43,441 bases of DNA, taken from Flavobacteriales bacterium (GTDB lineage: Bacteria > Bacteroidota > Bacteroidia > Flavobacteriales > UBA1820). Both the position numbers and the translations under genes were made by a program. Each line of letters begins with the position of its first letter. Positions within the stretch are counted from its first letter, which is position 1. A model generated the notes under the pieces. The model had not been told where the DNA came from. It saw only the letters and a program-made list of their open reading frames with translations, and made no database searches. Below are positions 1 through 10,541 of this stretch, in pieces. The stretch lies in assembly GCA_028709885.1 (NCBI GenBank), contig JAQUTH010000002.1, forward strand, positions 1 to 43,441. Reading direction: 5' to 3'.

Positions 1-1447
<1,447 letters not shown>

Positions 1448-1486
1448 TTATTCAGTGTTTCAGACTGTAAAAGTAAATAAAATTTT

Positions 1487-2878
1487 TTATTTATTTGCTT
1501 TTATATATTCATCTATTGCGTGAGCTGCCTTTCTACCTGCTCCCATGGCAAGTATCACAGTGGCTGCACCTGTTACAGCATCGCCTCCGGCAAAAACGCC
1601 AGGACGTGTTGTAGCTCCGTTTTCATCAGCTGTAAGGCATCCGCGTTTATTGGCTTCAAGTCCTGGTGTGGTGGTTTTGATAAGTGGATTAGGGCTGGTA
1701 CCCAAAGACATGATAACTAAATCTGTATCTATGTCATACTCAGAGCCTTTTACTTCAACTGGACGACAACGTCCGCTGGCATCAGGTTCGCCAAGCTCCA
1801 TTTTCACGCATTTTATAGAAGATACAAATCCTTTTTCATCTCCTGCTATTGCCACAGGATTGGTTAAGAAAGAGAAAATGATACCTTCTTGCACAGCATG
1901 ATGAACTTCCTCTGCGCGGGCAGGTAGTTCTTTTTCTGTACGACGGTACACCACTGTTACTTCTGCGCCAAGACGTTTAGCTGTACGTGCAGCGTCCATA
2001 GCTACGTTTCCTCCGCCTACTACCACTACTTTGCTTCCAACGTAAATAGGGGTATCTGCCATAGGGTCATAAGCGCGCATGAGGTTGGCACGGGTAAGGA
2101 ACTCATTGGCACTCATCACGCCATTAAGGTTTTCTCCGTCTATGCCCATGAAATTAGGAAGACCTGCTCCACTGCCTACAAAGACAGCTTGGTATCCTTC
2201 CTCATCCATAAGGCTATCTATGGTTATGGTGCGTCCTATTATGACGTTGGTTTCTATTTCTACACCGAGGTCTTGTACGTTTTGCACTTCATGAGCTACC
2301 ACTTCGTCTTTTGGCAGACGGAACTCTGGTATGCCGTATTGGAGTACTCCTCCTGCTTTGTGCAGAGCTTCAAATATTTTCACTGTGTATCCCATAGTGG
2401 CAAGCTCACCTGCACATGCAAGTCCCGAAGGTCCACTACCTATAACCGCTACTTTATGCCCATTTGATGGAGCTTTTTCTACTTCTACTTTTTTGCCACT
2501 CTGGCGCACATAGTCTGCGGTAAAACGTTCCAGCTTTCCTATGGATACTGGTTCGCCTTTTATGCCGAGTATGCAAGAGCCTTCACACTGTGTTTCCTGT
2601 GGGCATACACGACCACATACTGCTGGTAGTGCGCTGTCTTGTGCTATTACCTGAGCTGCTCCTTCTATATTTCCAGCAGATAGTTCATGCACAAATGCTG
2701 GTATTTTTACCGATACTGGGCATGCACCTACACAACGTGGATTTTTACAGTTCAGACAGCGTGATGCTTCACTTATGGCTTCATCCAAAGTGAAACCGTA
2801 ACATACTTCCTCAAAATTGGTAGCACGTACCTGAGGGTCTTGTTCTTTTGGATATAATCTTGGGCTTTTTACTGCCAT
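1487..2878 (-). CDS. nfnB: NfnB-type NADPH-dependent oxidoreductase (GltD / 'homotetrameric glutamate synthase' family), large subunit of NADH-dependent reduced ferredoxin:NADP+ oxidoreductase
   Basis: 463 aa. N-terminal Cys clusters (CLNCKNPRCVGACP, CGRVCPQETQCEGSC) fit 2x[4Fe-4S]. There are two Rossmann motifs (VAVIGSGPSGLACA, VVVVGGGNVAMDAA). It is paired with an FNR-like 288-aa partner directly upstream. Confidence 0.8.
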   Translation of the reverse strand: MAVKSPRLYPKEQDPQVRATNFEEVCYGFTLDEAISEASRCLNCKNPRCVGACPVSVKIPAFVHELSAGNIEGAAQVIAQDSALPAVCGRVCPQETQCEGSCILGIKGEPVSIGKLERFTADYVRQSGKKVEVEKAPSNGHKVAVIGSGPSGLACAGELATMGYTVKIFEALHKAGGVLQYGIPEFRLPKDEVVAHEVQNVQDLGVEIETNVIIGRTITIDSLMDEEGYQAVFVGSGAGLPNFMGIDGENLNGVMSANEFLTRANLMRAYDPMADTPIYVGSKVVVVGGGNVAMDAARTAKRLGAEVTVVYRRTEKELPARAEEVHHAVQEGIIFSFLTNPVAIAGDEKGFVSSIKCVKMELGEPDASGRCRPVEVKGSEYDIDTDLVIMSLGTSPNPLIKTTTPGLEANKRGCLTADENGATTRPGVFAGGDAVTGAATVILAMGAGRKAAHAIDEYIKANK

Positions 2879-2896
2879 GGTCTTTCTTTGTTTAAG

Positions 2897-3763
2897 TTAC
2901 TTTTGGAGTGTTTGTGCCAAATCTTCCATACAGTGGCAGTCTTTTTCCTTTTCTATGGAACGATACATACCGCTACGACGCATGGCTGCGTCAAAATCCA
3001 CTTGGTGAGCGTCAAATTCAGGTCCGTCCACACATGTGAAAAGAGTTTTTCCTCCCACACTCACACGGCAAGCGCCACACATTCCCGTTCCATCTACCAT
3101 CAATGAGTTTAGTGATGCTATGGTATGAATGTCGTATTTTTTAGTGGTAAGGGCAACGAATTTCATCATTATCATAGGTCCTATTGCCACTACCTCATCG
3201 TATTTTTCACCTTGTGCCACTAACTGGTCAAATAGTCCAGTTACCAGCCCGTGAAAACCTTCCGAGCCGTCATCGGTAGCTATGTGTACCGTTGCTCCCA
3301 ATGCTCTCATTTGGTCTGCAAAAAGGATGTAGTCTTTTGTTTTTCCGCCTATTATAACGTCCGCAGATGCTCCTTTTTCGCAAAGGTATTTTACCTGTGG
3401 ATATACAGGGGCTGCACCTACTCCGCCTGCTATGAACATACGGCGTTTGCTTTTAAGGGTAGCTTCATCTTCTTTTACAAATTCCGAAGGGTGTCCCAAT
3501 GGACCTACAAAATCCGTAAATGTGTCCCCTTTTTTCAGAGCGCATATTTTTCTGGAAGATGCTCCCACTATTTGTAAAACGATAGTTACAGTGCCTTTTT
3601 CACGGTCAAAATCACATACGGTTAGCGGTATTCGTTCGCCTAATTCTCCGGTGCGGACTATTACAAACTGTCCAGGTAGAGCTGAATGTGCCACACGTGG
3701 GGCGTACACCTCCATAAGATATATGTTAGGTGCTAAGAGTTTATGTTTTAGTATTTCGTACAT
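2897..3763 (-). CDS. nfnA: NfnA-type subunit (sulfide/dihydroorotate dehydrogenase-like FAD/NAD-binding protein with C-terminal 2Fe-2S Cys motif)
   Basis: 288 aa. It has an FNR-like fold signature (RIPLTV, FIAGGVGAAP) and the C-terminal motif DGTGMCGACRV. Its stop is 19 nt upstream of the nfnB start. Confidence 0.75.
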   Translation of the reverse strand: MYEILKHKLLAPNIYLMEVYAPRVAHSALPGQFVIVRTGELGERIPLTVCDFDREKGTVTIVLQIVGASSRKICALKKGDTFTDFVGPLGHPSEFVKEDEATLKSKRRMFIAGGVGAAPVYPQVKYLCEKGASADVIIGGKTKDYILFADQMRALGATVHIATDDGSEGFHGLVTGLFDQLVAQGEKYDEVVAIGPMIMMKFVALTTKKYDIHTIASLNSLMVDGTGMCGACRVSVGGKTLFTCVDGPEFDAHQVDFDAAMRRSGMYRSIEKEKDCHCMEDLAQTLQK

Positions 3764-3797
3764 TTTAGTGTGTGTGTACAGTTATGTTATTGACTTG

Positions 3798-3805
3798 CAA
3801 AGATA
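3798..3805 (-). promoter_or_regulatory. Bacteroidetes-type -7 promoter box (TATCTTTG on minus strand) for the nfnAB operon
   Basis: Plus-strand caaagata is the reverse complement of TATCTTTG, which matches the TAnnTTTG consensus. It lies 35 nt upstream of the nfnA ATG. Confidence 0.45.
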
Positions 3806-3896
3806 TTAATTCCTTATGAGCTGACCAAAACTTTATGCTTTTTTACTATTTGACTATTTTTCCATAAAAGGCTCTTATTTTTTCATAAAAACAAAA

Positions 3897-3922
3897 AAAA
3901 GAGAGTCAAAAGCCTCTCTTTT
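3897..3922 (-). terminator. Intrinsic terminator downstream of map
   Basis: The stem agagag/ctctct is flanked by an A-run on the plus strand. Read on the minus strand, the hairpin is followed by a long T-run. Confidence 0.55.
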
Positions 3923-4014
3923 CTCAATATTCCAATGTATTCATTGCGTTTTTAACACCACAATATTTACATATCTTTATGACTGTTTTATGAAAAATAA
4001 CTACGGGTGCAACA

Positions 4015-4827
4015 TTACTCCCAATTATACTCAAATGGTTTTTCTTCATCGGATGTTACTCCCTGAGCCATGTCTATGTATTTGTAAGTGGATAAAAGGA
4101 CAGGACGACCATCTACCACCGCTACGTCATGTTCAAAGTGAGCGGACGGTTTCATGTCATTGGTAAGTATAGTCCAGCCGTCTTTAAGCTGACGCACGCG
4201 GTATGTTCCCATATTTATCATCGGTTCTACTGCCAGCACCATACCTTCTTCTATCAGTTCGCCTTTGTGAGCTGAGCCATAGTTAGGTACTTGTGGGTCT
4301 TCATGTACTTTTTTACCTATTCCGTGTCCGCATAGGTCTCTGACTACTCCGTAACCATATCCTTCGCAATAACGTTGTACTGCGTGTCCTATGTCTCCTA
4401 TTCTGTTACCTGCTTTTACTTGGGAGAGTCCTTTGTAAATACTCTCACGTGTTACTTTCAATAGTCTGGCTGTACGTGGGTCTATTTCTCCCACTGCAAA
4501 AGTAAATGCTTGGTCTCCGTGGTAGCCGTCTATGCAAGCCCCACAGTCTATGCTTATGATGTCGCCTTCTTTTATAGGGTCTTTGGAGGGAAATCCGTGT
4601 ACTACCTGTGCATTAGGCGATATGCAACACGCATTTGGAAAACCGTAAAGTCCTTTGAATGATGGTGTTGCGCCGTTGTCTCTTATAAACTCTTCGGCTA
4701 ATGTATCCAGTTGTAGAGTACTTACTCCGGGTTTTATTTCCCCTGCAAACATTCCGAGTGTGCGACTAACCAAATCTGCGGCACGGTGTAGTTTGGCTAT
4801 CTCTTCTTTGCTTTTAAGATGTATCAT
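4015..4827 (-). CDS. map: Type I methionine aminopeptidase
   Basis: 270 aa. Metal-ligand motifs of MetAP-1 are present: DIISIDCG, DGYHGDQAFTF, GHGIG, AVEPM, FEHDV. Confidence 0.92.
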   Translation of the reverse strand: MIHLKSKEEIAKLHRAADLVSRTLGMFAGEIKPGVSTLQLDTLAEEFIRDNGATPSFKGLYGFPNACCISPNAQVVHGFPSKDPIKEGDIISIDCGACIDGYHGDQAFTFAVGEIDPRTARLLKVTRESIYKGLSQVKAGNRIGDIGHAVQRYCEGYGYGVVRDLCGHGIGKKVHEDPQVPNYGSAHKGELIEEGMVLAVEPMINMGTYRVRQLKDGWTILTNDMKPSAHFEHDVAVVDGRPVLLSTYKYIDMAQGVTSDEEKPFEYNWE

Positions 4828-4851
4828 TTTCTTCTACTATTATTTCAAATG

Positions 4852-4859
4852 CAAAGGTA
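4852..4859 (-). promoter_or_regulatory. -7 promoter box (TACCTTTG on minus strand) for map
   Basis: Plus-strand caaaggta is the reverse complement of TACCTTTG, 25 nt upstream of the map ATG. Confidence 0.45.
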
Positions 4860-4902
4860 GTGGTTTTGAGGCTTTTTTGTTCTACAAATACTAAAAAACA
4901 AA

Positions 4903-4929
4903 AAAAGAGAGGCATTACGCCTCTCTTTT
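4903..4929 (-). terminator. Intrinsic terminator downstream of the ABC-2 permease gene
   Basis: The hairpin agagaggc-attac-gcctctct has an A-run on the plus side, which is a T-run on the transcribed minus strand. Confidence 0.6.
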
Positions 4930-4948
4930 TCCATTCATATAAAAACGT

Positions 4949-6334
4949 CTAAGACTGACGAATCCATTTCCAAAGGTCTTTATACGTAGGTTTTGTACCA
5001 TACATCAAAAGACCGACTCTGTATATCTTGGCAGCCATCCAAGTAAAAATAAGGAAAGTAACCAAAAGCAACACAGCTGAGAGAACAATCTCCCACGCTG
5101 GCACACCAAACGGTATGCGCACCATCATCACCACTGGCGATGTAAGCGGTATCATAGACAGCCAAAAAGCCACTGGTCCATTTGGATTATTGATGATAGT
5201 CATACCGCAGTACAGAGCTATCAAAATAGGAATAGTAAGTGGCAAGACAAATTGCCCTGCATCATTAGGACTATCCACAGCTGCACCCACAGCCGCATAT
5301 AACGATGCGTATAACAAATACCCCAAAAGGAAAAACACTAACGAAACTATACCTATGGATATAAAATCTATCTGTGAAAGGTCTGTCATCACCTCAGTTA
5401 CCTTAGCCATAACATCACTATTCTGACTCATCTGCACTGCCTGAGCCATTTCTGGGGAAGCATTTTCAGACATCTGAGCAGTCATCTCTGTTATTTTATC
5501 CGCATTTTTGGAGGCAACAAAAGAACTTACTCCCACTACTCCCACCAAAGAAAGCACCGTTAGCATCACCGCCCAAATAGCAAGCTGCGTTATAGCTACC
5601 ATACCTGAGCTTATTATTTTACCAACCATAAGGTCAAACGGACGTACCGAAGATACTATAACCTCCACTATTCTATTTGTTTTTTCTTCCAATGTGCTGG
5701 TCATTACCATGTTGCCACTAAATACCATAAACATATACAGCATAAAGCACAATGTGAATGCTAACGCTATTTTCACACCTTGGACTAAATCGCTCTCTGT
5801 TTTTTCTTCCTGTGCGCTGATGTCCACCATAGAAATATTGACATCTGTTTTGGTCTGCGCCAAAATCTTAGGATCCACTCCCAAACTCTGTATTTTAGTA
5901 TCCTGAATAAGGCGTCCTACCTGTTTAGATATATCACTTTGAATATCCATAGGCACGTTTTCACTGTAATACATTATCATACCTTTCTCTACGGATGCGT
6001 ATGTGGCAGATGTGTCCTCAGGTATTACCAGCACACCTTTTATAGATTCGGTAGTGCGTATCATGTTTTTGACACTATCCAAATCCAGCGAAGTGCTTAT
6101 CGGTATGAATTTAAGGTTTTCACGACCTTCTATATTTGAAGAGATACGCCCTGAGAGGTCATACACACCTACTTGTGTCTCTTGTTTTTCATTTGCTACG
6201 GACAAAAGACCTATTATAGCTCCCACAGCAACTATTGCCAGAGGAGTGAGTATTCCCACCAACCAAAATGATTTTTTGCGTACACGGGTTAGATATTCGT
6301 GTTTTATGATGAGTCCTATTTTACTTTTTGCCAT
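4949..6334 (-). CDS. ABC-2 type transporter permease (NatB-like)
   Basis: 461 aa. It has an N-terminal TM helix, a large extracytoplasmic loop and a C-terminal cluster of about 5 TM helices. It is translationally adjacent to the ABC ATPase (12-nt gap). Confidence 0.75.
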   Translation of the reverse strand: MAKSKIGLIIKHEYLTRVRKKSFWLVGILTPLAIVAVGAIIGLLSVANEKQETQVGVYDLSGRISSNIEGRENLKFIPISTSLDLDSVKNMIRTTESIKGVLVIPEDTSATYASVEKGMIMYYSENVPMDIQSDISKQVGRLIQDTKIQSLGVDPKILAQTKTDVNISMVDISAQEEKTESDLVQGVKIALAFTLCFMLYMFMVFSGNMVMTSTLEEKTNRIVEVIVSSVRPFDLMVGKIISSGMVAITQLAIWAVMLTVLSLVGVVGVSSFVASKNADKITEMTAQMSENASPEMAQAVQMSQNSDVMAKVTEVMTDLSQIDFISIGIVSLVFFLLGYLLYASLYAAVGAAVDSPNDAGQFVLPLTIPILIALYCGMTIINNPNGPVAFWLSMIPLTSPVVMMVRIPFGVPAWEIVLSAVLLLVTFLIFTWMAAKIYRVGLLMYGTKPTYKDLWKWIRQS

Positions 6335-6345
6335 TGTATTAGAGT

Positions 6346-7290
6346 TTAATTGTTGGAAATAGCGTTTTTGGGGTCGCCGATAGCAGTGAAGAAAATGTCG
6401 TTTATAGACGGTAAAACCTCAGCAAAGGAATGTATCTGTCCTACTTCGGTGAGTTTTGACAAAAGTTCATTTGGAGCCTCCATATTTTGAACCTTGAACA
6501 GAGCGGAAGGTTTTATGCTGTTTTTCTCCTCTTCCCACGAAACGAACTCAGGCAGGGCTTCCAATGTGCTGCGTTTTTCAGCTACAATGTCTATATCCAC
6601 ACGGTAAACGCCTTGTTTATAACGGTCTTTTATCTCGCTTACTTCACCTTGTAATACGCCTTTGCCTTTGTTGATGAGCAAAATATGGCTACACATCTGC
6701 TCTACTGACTCCATGCGGTGGGTAGAGAAAAGAACGGTAGTACCATTTTGGCACATTTGTTCTATTTCAGAACGTATCATTTCTGCATTTATTGGGTCAA
6801 AACCACTGAACGGTTCGTCCAAAATCATAAACTCAGGCTCATGCAAGACGTTTATTATGAACTGCACTTTCTGAGCCATACCTTTGGAAAGTTCCTGTAT
6901 TTTCTTATCTGCCCAATTCTCTATGTCAAACTTGGCTAACCATTTATGTATTCTGTTTTTTGCCTGCGATGCCGAAAGACCTTTAAGCTGAGCCAAGTAC
7001 ATCGCTTGGTCCATAACGGTGAGGTTTTTATACAGTCCACGTTCTTCGGGCATATAACCTATTTTTGAAATATGCTCACGTGTTATTTTTTCACCATTTA
7101 TAAAAATACTACCGGAAGTAGGTATAAGTATTTGGTTTATAAGACGGATAAATGTTGTCTTACCCGCTCCGTTAGGTCCTAAGAGTCCAAAAAGACTTCC
7201 ACGAGGTATTTCTACCGAAAGAGAGTCCAAGGCGGTGTAATCTCCATATTGTTTGGTGAGGTTTTCCGCTTTTAAGATAATGTCAGACAT
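6346..7290 (-). CDS. ABC transporter ATP-binding protein (NatA-like)
   Basis: 314 aa. It carries Walker A GPNGAGKTT, the signature LSKGMAQK, and Walker B FMILDEPFSG. Confidence 0.9.
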   Translation of the reverse strand: MSDIILKAENLTKQYGDYTALDSLSVEIPRGSLFGLLGPNGAGKTTFIRLINQILIPTSGSIFINGEKITREHISKIGYMPEERGLYKNLTVMDQAMYLAQLKGLSASQAKNRIHKWLAKFDIENWADKKIQELSKGMAQKVQFIINVLHEPEFMILDEPFSGFDPINAEMIRSEIEQMCQNGTTVLFSTHRMESVEQMCSHILLINKGKGVLQGEVSEIKDRYKQGVYRVDIDIVAEKRSTLEALPEFVSWEEEKNSIKPSALFKVQNMEAPNELLSKLTEVGQIHSFAEVLPSINDIFFTAIGDPKNAISNN

Positions 7291-7334
7291 TGTATTTGTA
7301 TTATATTATTGGTACTAAAAATGTATATTAAGCG

Positions 7335-7342
7335 CAAATTTA
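7335..7342 (-). promoter_or_regulatory. -7 promoter box (TAAATTTG on minus strand) for the ABC operon
   Basis: Plus-strand caaattta lies in the divergent intergenic region 7291-7458. Confidence 0.4.
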
Positions 7343-7406
7343 GCATTGTTTTTGGTTTTCTCATAGGATTTTTTAAGAAAGTTAGCTTAGTACCATATTT
7401 TGTTCG

Positions 7407-7414
7407 TATTTTTG
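7407..7414 (+). promoter_or_regulatory. -7 promoter box (TATTTTTG) for the YidE-family transporter / mntP operon
   Basis: This is a TAnnTTTG match 45 nt upstream of the ATG at 7459. Confidence 0.4.
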
Positions 7415-7458
7415 CAGAACTCTAAAATCAGTTTGTTGTAACCCAAAAAATCAAATCA

Positions 7459-9120
7459 ATGGAAGCGTTTCTTCAAGACCTGCTCTCTACTATTGCTCTC
7501 AAAGACTACTTAGTACTATTTTTGGTGATAGCCATAGGAATGGCCGTCGGCAATATATCTATTACAGGATTCAGTTTTGACGTATCTGCCGTGATATTCG
7601 TGGCAATATTCTTAGGCTGGGCATTCAACGCATTGGGTGTTCCGTTCAATATGCCAAAAATAGTGGAAAACATAGGTCTGATACTCTTTATCTACACCAT
7701 AGGTATTCAGGCAGGACCTTCCTTTTTTGAAGCCTTCAAGAGTCAAGGCAAAAAGCTCATCATGCTAACATTTATCATTATAGCCATAGGAGGAATAGTA
7801 ACCCTTATTAGTGAATACTTCTTTGGAGTGGATATGGTAATAGGAGTAGGACTTTTCAACGGAGCAATGACCTCTACACCCGGTCTTGCCGCAGCCATAG
7901 AAGCAGCAGCACGCGTACCCGGACTTGACCCTGCCAACGCATCCATAGGTTACGGTATAGCATATCCTTTCGGTGTAGTGGGAGTGGTACTTTTTGTAAA
8001 ATTGGCATACAAAATGTTCGGCATCAACCTCAAAACAGAAGAAGAAAAATACAAGAGCGAAATGACTGGCAAATCTGCTCAGTTGATTGGTCAAAATTTC
8101 ACCGTAACAAATGAAAACGTAGATGGCAAAACTATCCGCCAGTTACGTCTTCGCTTTATGACCAAAGCCAACGTATCCCGCATACTGAGAAAAGACGGCA
8201 CTATGGTCATACCAGAACCAGACGCAAAACTCTTCCTTGGCGATGTAGTACGTGCCGTAGGTACACCTAACTCCATAGAACGCATGGAAGTGCTAATAGG
8301 TAAAAAATCTGATGCAGAAATACCTTCCAGCGGACAAATAGAAGTACGCTGGTACCTCATCACCGAAAAAAGTATCGTAGGAAAAGCCATAGAGGAACTA
8401 AACCTTATGGAAAACTACAAAGCCACCGTGGTACGTATTCGCCGTGCAGGCATAGAAATAGCCCCACACCCATCTACCCACCTTCGTTATGGAGACAAAG
8501 TGTTGGTATCATCATCAAAAGGAAACGTCAAAGGCGTAGCAGACCTTTTCGGAGACTCCATAAAACAACTCTCTGCCACATCATTCATGCCTATATCACT
8601 CGGAATAATACTCGGGGTGATAATAGGTTCTATAACACTACCTATCTTTGGTATGAACTTCTCACTGGGGCTAACAGGAGGAACACTTCTCACCGCACTT
8701 TTCCTTAGCTACAAAGGAAAAACAGGACCTGTCATTTGGGCAATATCAGGACAGTCCAACCTACTATTGCGTCAGTTAGGACTGCTCATGTTCCTCACAC
8801 CAGTAGGACTAAAAGCAGGCACTAACATAGTAGAAGCTCTCGGCAATTACGGATTTGGACTCTTCGCCATAGGAATAGCCATAACTCTGGCACCAATGAT
8901 AATAGCCACCCTTATAGGATATTTCATGATGAAGATAAATTTCCTCACCCTAATGGGCGCACTCACAGGAGGTATGACATCTACACCGGGGCTTAGCAGT
9001 ACCGATTCCTTAACAGAAACAGACGCTCCACAGGTAGCATACGCCGCCGTATATCCATTTGCACTGGTAGCTATAATCATCATGAGCCAACTATTGGTCA
9101 TATTGCCAAAATACTTCTAA
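7459..9120 (+). CDS. YidE/YbjL-family putative transport protein (aspartate:alanine exchanger superfamily, two membrane repeats flanking two TrkA-C/RCK_C domains)
   Basis: 553 aa. Membrane halves are duplicated (GAMTSTPGLAAA and GGMTSTPGLSS motifs). A central soluble region of about 170 aa is typical of RCK_C pairs. Confidence 0.8.
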   Translation: MEAFLQDLLSTIALKDYLVLFLVIAIGMAVGNISITGFSFDVSAVIFVAIFLGWAFNALGVPFNMPKIVENIGLILFIYTIGIQAGPSFFEAFKSQGKKLIMLTFIIIAIGGIVTLISEYFFGVDMVIGVGLFNGAMTSTPGLAAAIEAAARVPGLDPANASIGYGIAYPFGVVGVVLFVKLAYKMFGINLKTEEEKYKSEMTGKSAQLIGQNFTVTNENVDGKTIRQLRLRFMTKANVSRILRKDGTMVIPEPDAKLFLGDVVRAVGTPNSIERMEVLIGKKSDAEIPSSGQIEVRWYLITEKSIVGKAIEELNLMENYKATVVRIRRAGIEIAPHPSTHLRYGDKVLVSSSKGNVKGVADLFGDSIKQLSATSFMPISLGIILGVIIGSITLPIFGMNFSLGLTGGTLLTALFLSYKGKTGPVIWAISGQSNLLLRQLGLLMFLTPVGLKAGTNIVEALGNYGFGLFAIGIAITLAPMIIATLIGYFMMKINFLTLMGALTGGMTSTPGLSSTDSLTETDAPQVAYAAVYPFALVAIIIMSQLLVILPKYF

Positions 9121-9135
9121 AACACCATAAAATAA

Positions 9136-9726
9136 ATGTCAGCGGTAGAAATCTTCATTCTTGCCATAGGACTATCAATGGATAGTTTTGCAGTATCGGT
9201 ATCTTCCGGTGCTGTGATGAAGAGTATGAGGTGGAAAAAAGTTCTTAAAATAGCGTTCTTTTTATCCGCTTTCCAAGCCTTGATGCCGCTATTAGGCTGG
9301 GCATTGGGTGAAGGATTCTCACGGTTTATATCACAATGGGACCACTGGATAGCATTTGCACTACTTCTATTTTTAGGAGGAAAAATGTTGTTTGAAAGCA
9401 TTTTTTCAAAACAAGAAGGAACAGAATGCACTGACAAATGTGAACACAACACCAAATGTTGCCCCTGGAAAACACGCACCCTTATAGGAATGTCCATAGC
9501 CACCAGCATAGATGCTGCCGCAGTAGGCGTTTCGTTCTCTTTTCTCAATATGGGAATAACAACACCAACTATCATCATATTCTTTACAACGGCGTTTTTC
9601 TCACTCATAGGTATGTTGATAGGCACACGCTTTGGCGCTCGTTATCACAAAGGAGCCGAAATGTTAGGAGGAATAATCCTAATGGCAATAGGAGCAAAAA
9701 TACTGATAGAACATATTTTTTTCTAA
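9136..9726 (+). CDS. mntP: Manganese efflux pump MntP
   Basis: 196 aa. It has the duplicated DUF204 motifs LSMDSFAVSV and SIDAAAVGVS and 6 predicted TM segments. Confidence 0.8.
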   Translation: MSAVEIFILAIGLSMDSFAVSVSSGAVMKSMRWKKVLKIAFFLSAFQALMPLLGWALGEGFSRFISQWDHWIAFALLLFLGGKMLFESIFSKQEGTECTDKCEHNTKCCPWKTRTLIGMSIATSIDAAAVGVSFSFLNMGITTPTIIIFFTTAFFSLIGMLIGTRFGARYHKGAEMLGGIILMAIGAKILIEHIFF

Positions 9727-9744
9727 ACGATACACTCAGAAACT

Positions 9745-9774
9745 AAAAAGGCTCGCCGTAGGCGAGCCTTTTTT
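9745..9774. terminator. Bidirectional intrinsic terminator between mntP (+) and rlmB (-)
   Basis: The sequence is aaaaa-GGCTCGCC-gta-GGCGAGCC-tttttt: a perfect 8-bp GC-rich stem with A- and T-runs on either side. Confidence 0.8.
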
Positions 9775-9788
9775 ATGCGTAACATATT

Positions 9789-10541
9789 TTATTTCTCCAT
9801 TCGTTGGCGTACAGCCTCATAAAGCACCGCTCCACACGCCACAGAGACATTAAGAGAACCTATTTCACCAGAAAGAGGCAGTTTAGCCTTCGCATCGCAA
9901 AGTTTCATCAGCCCCTTTGAAATGCCCTTTTCCTCATTTCCCATGATGATAGCAGTAGGAACAGTCATATCGGTATTGTAAACCAAAGTATCTGTCTTTT
10001 CGGTAGCACCCACTATTTTGAGTCCACTCTGTTGAAGATAATAAACCGTATCCACCAGATGACGAGACTTGCATATCGGCACACGGAAAATAGCCCCAGC
10101 CGAAGCTTTTACAGCATCTGCGCTAATAGGAGCAGCACCCTCGCTGGCTATCACCACAGCACACACGCCAGTACATTCGGCAGTGCGGACTATCGCACCA
10201 AAGTTCCTCACGTCTGTCAAATGGTCAAGAATAAGCACCAAAGGATTTTCTCCATTTTCTATCTTTTGGTCAACTATGCCCTCTACCGAAGCAAACTCTA
10301 TGGGCGACATAAAAGCGAACACACCTTGGTGGTTATCACGTGTCAGACGGTTTAGTTTTTCCTCAGGGACTACCTTATAAGCTATATCGTTCCCTTTCAT
10401 CAGACCCATAAGCTCAGGCACGTTATCTCCACGCAAACCTCGCTGTATAAACACTCTATCTGGTATTTTACCCGATGAAATAGCCTCTATCAACGGTCTA
10501 ATACCAAATACCGTAAGAGTCATAATATCTTTGTCTGTCAT
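9789..10541 (-). CDS. rlmB: 23S rRNA (guanosine-2'-O)-methyltransferase, SpoU/TrmH family (RlmB-like)
   Basis: 250 aa. It has an N-terminal SpoU_sub_bind-like region and C-terminal SPOUT motifs (NFGAIVRTAE, IIMGNEEKGIS, LNVSVACGAVLYE). Confidence 0.8.
   Translation of the reverse strand: MTDKDIMTLTVFGIRPLIEAISSGKIPDRVFIQRGLRGDNVPELMGLMKGNDIAYKVVPEEKLNRLTRDNHQGVFAFMSPIEFASVEGIVDQKIENGENPLVLILDHLTDVRNFGAIVRTAECTGVCAVVIASEGAAPISADAVKASAGAIFRVPICKSRHLVDTVYYLQQSGLKIVGATEKTDTLVYNTDMTVPTAIIMGNEEKGISKGLMKLCDAKAKLPLSGEIGSLNVSVACGAVLYEAVRQRMEK

Noticed and set aside
1545-1901. 118-aa plus-strand ORF, with similar ones at 2079-2294, 2189-2467, 2331-2513 and 2590-2793, all inside the nfnB gene
   Set aside because: These are antisense shadow ORFs that lie entirely within a gene carrying strong family motifs. 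Their translations are low-complexity or unrecognisable.
5028-5906. Two 132-aa plus-strand ORFs (5028-5426 and 5508-5906) opposite the ABC-2 permease
   Set aside because: These are shadow ORFs antisense to a well-supported membrane protein gene. They have no start context and no motifs.
9121-9135. Mn(II) (yybP-ykoY) riboswitch upstream of mntP
   Set aside because: The intergenic gap is only 15 nt, far too short for the ~100-nt riboswitch.
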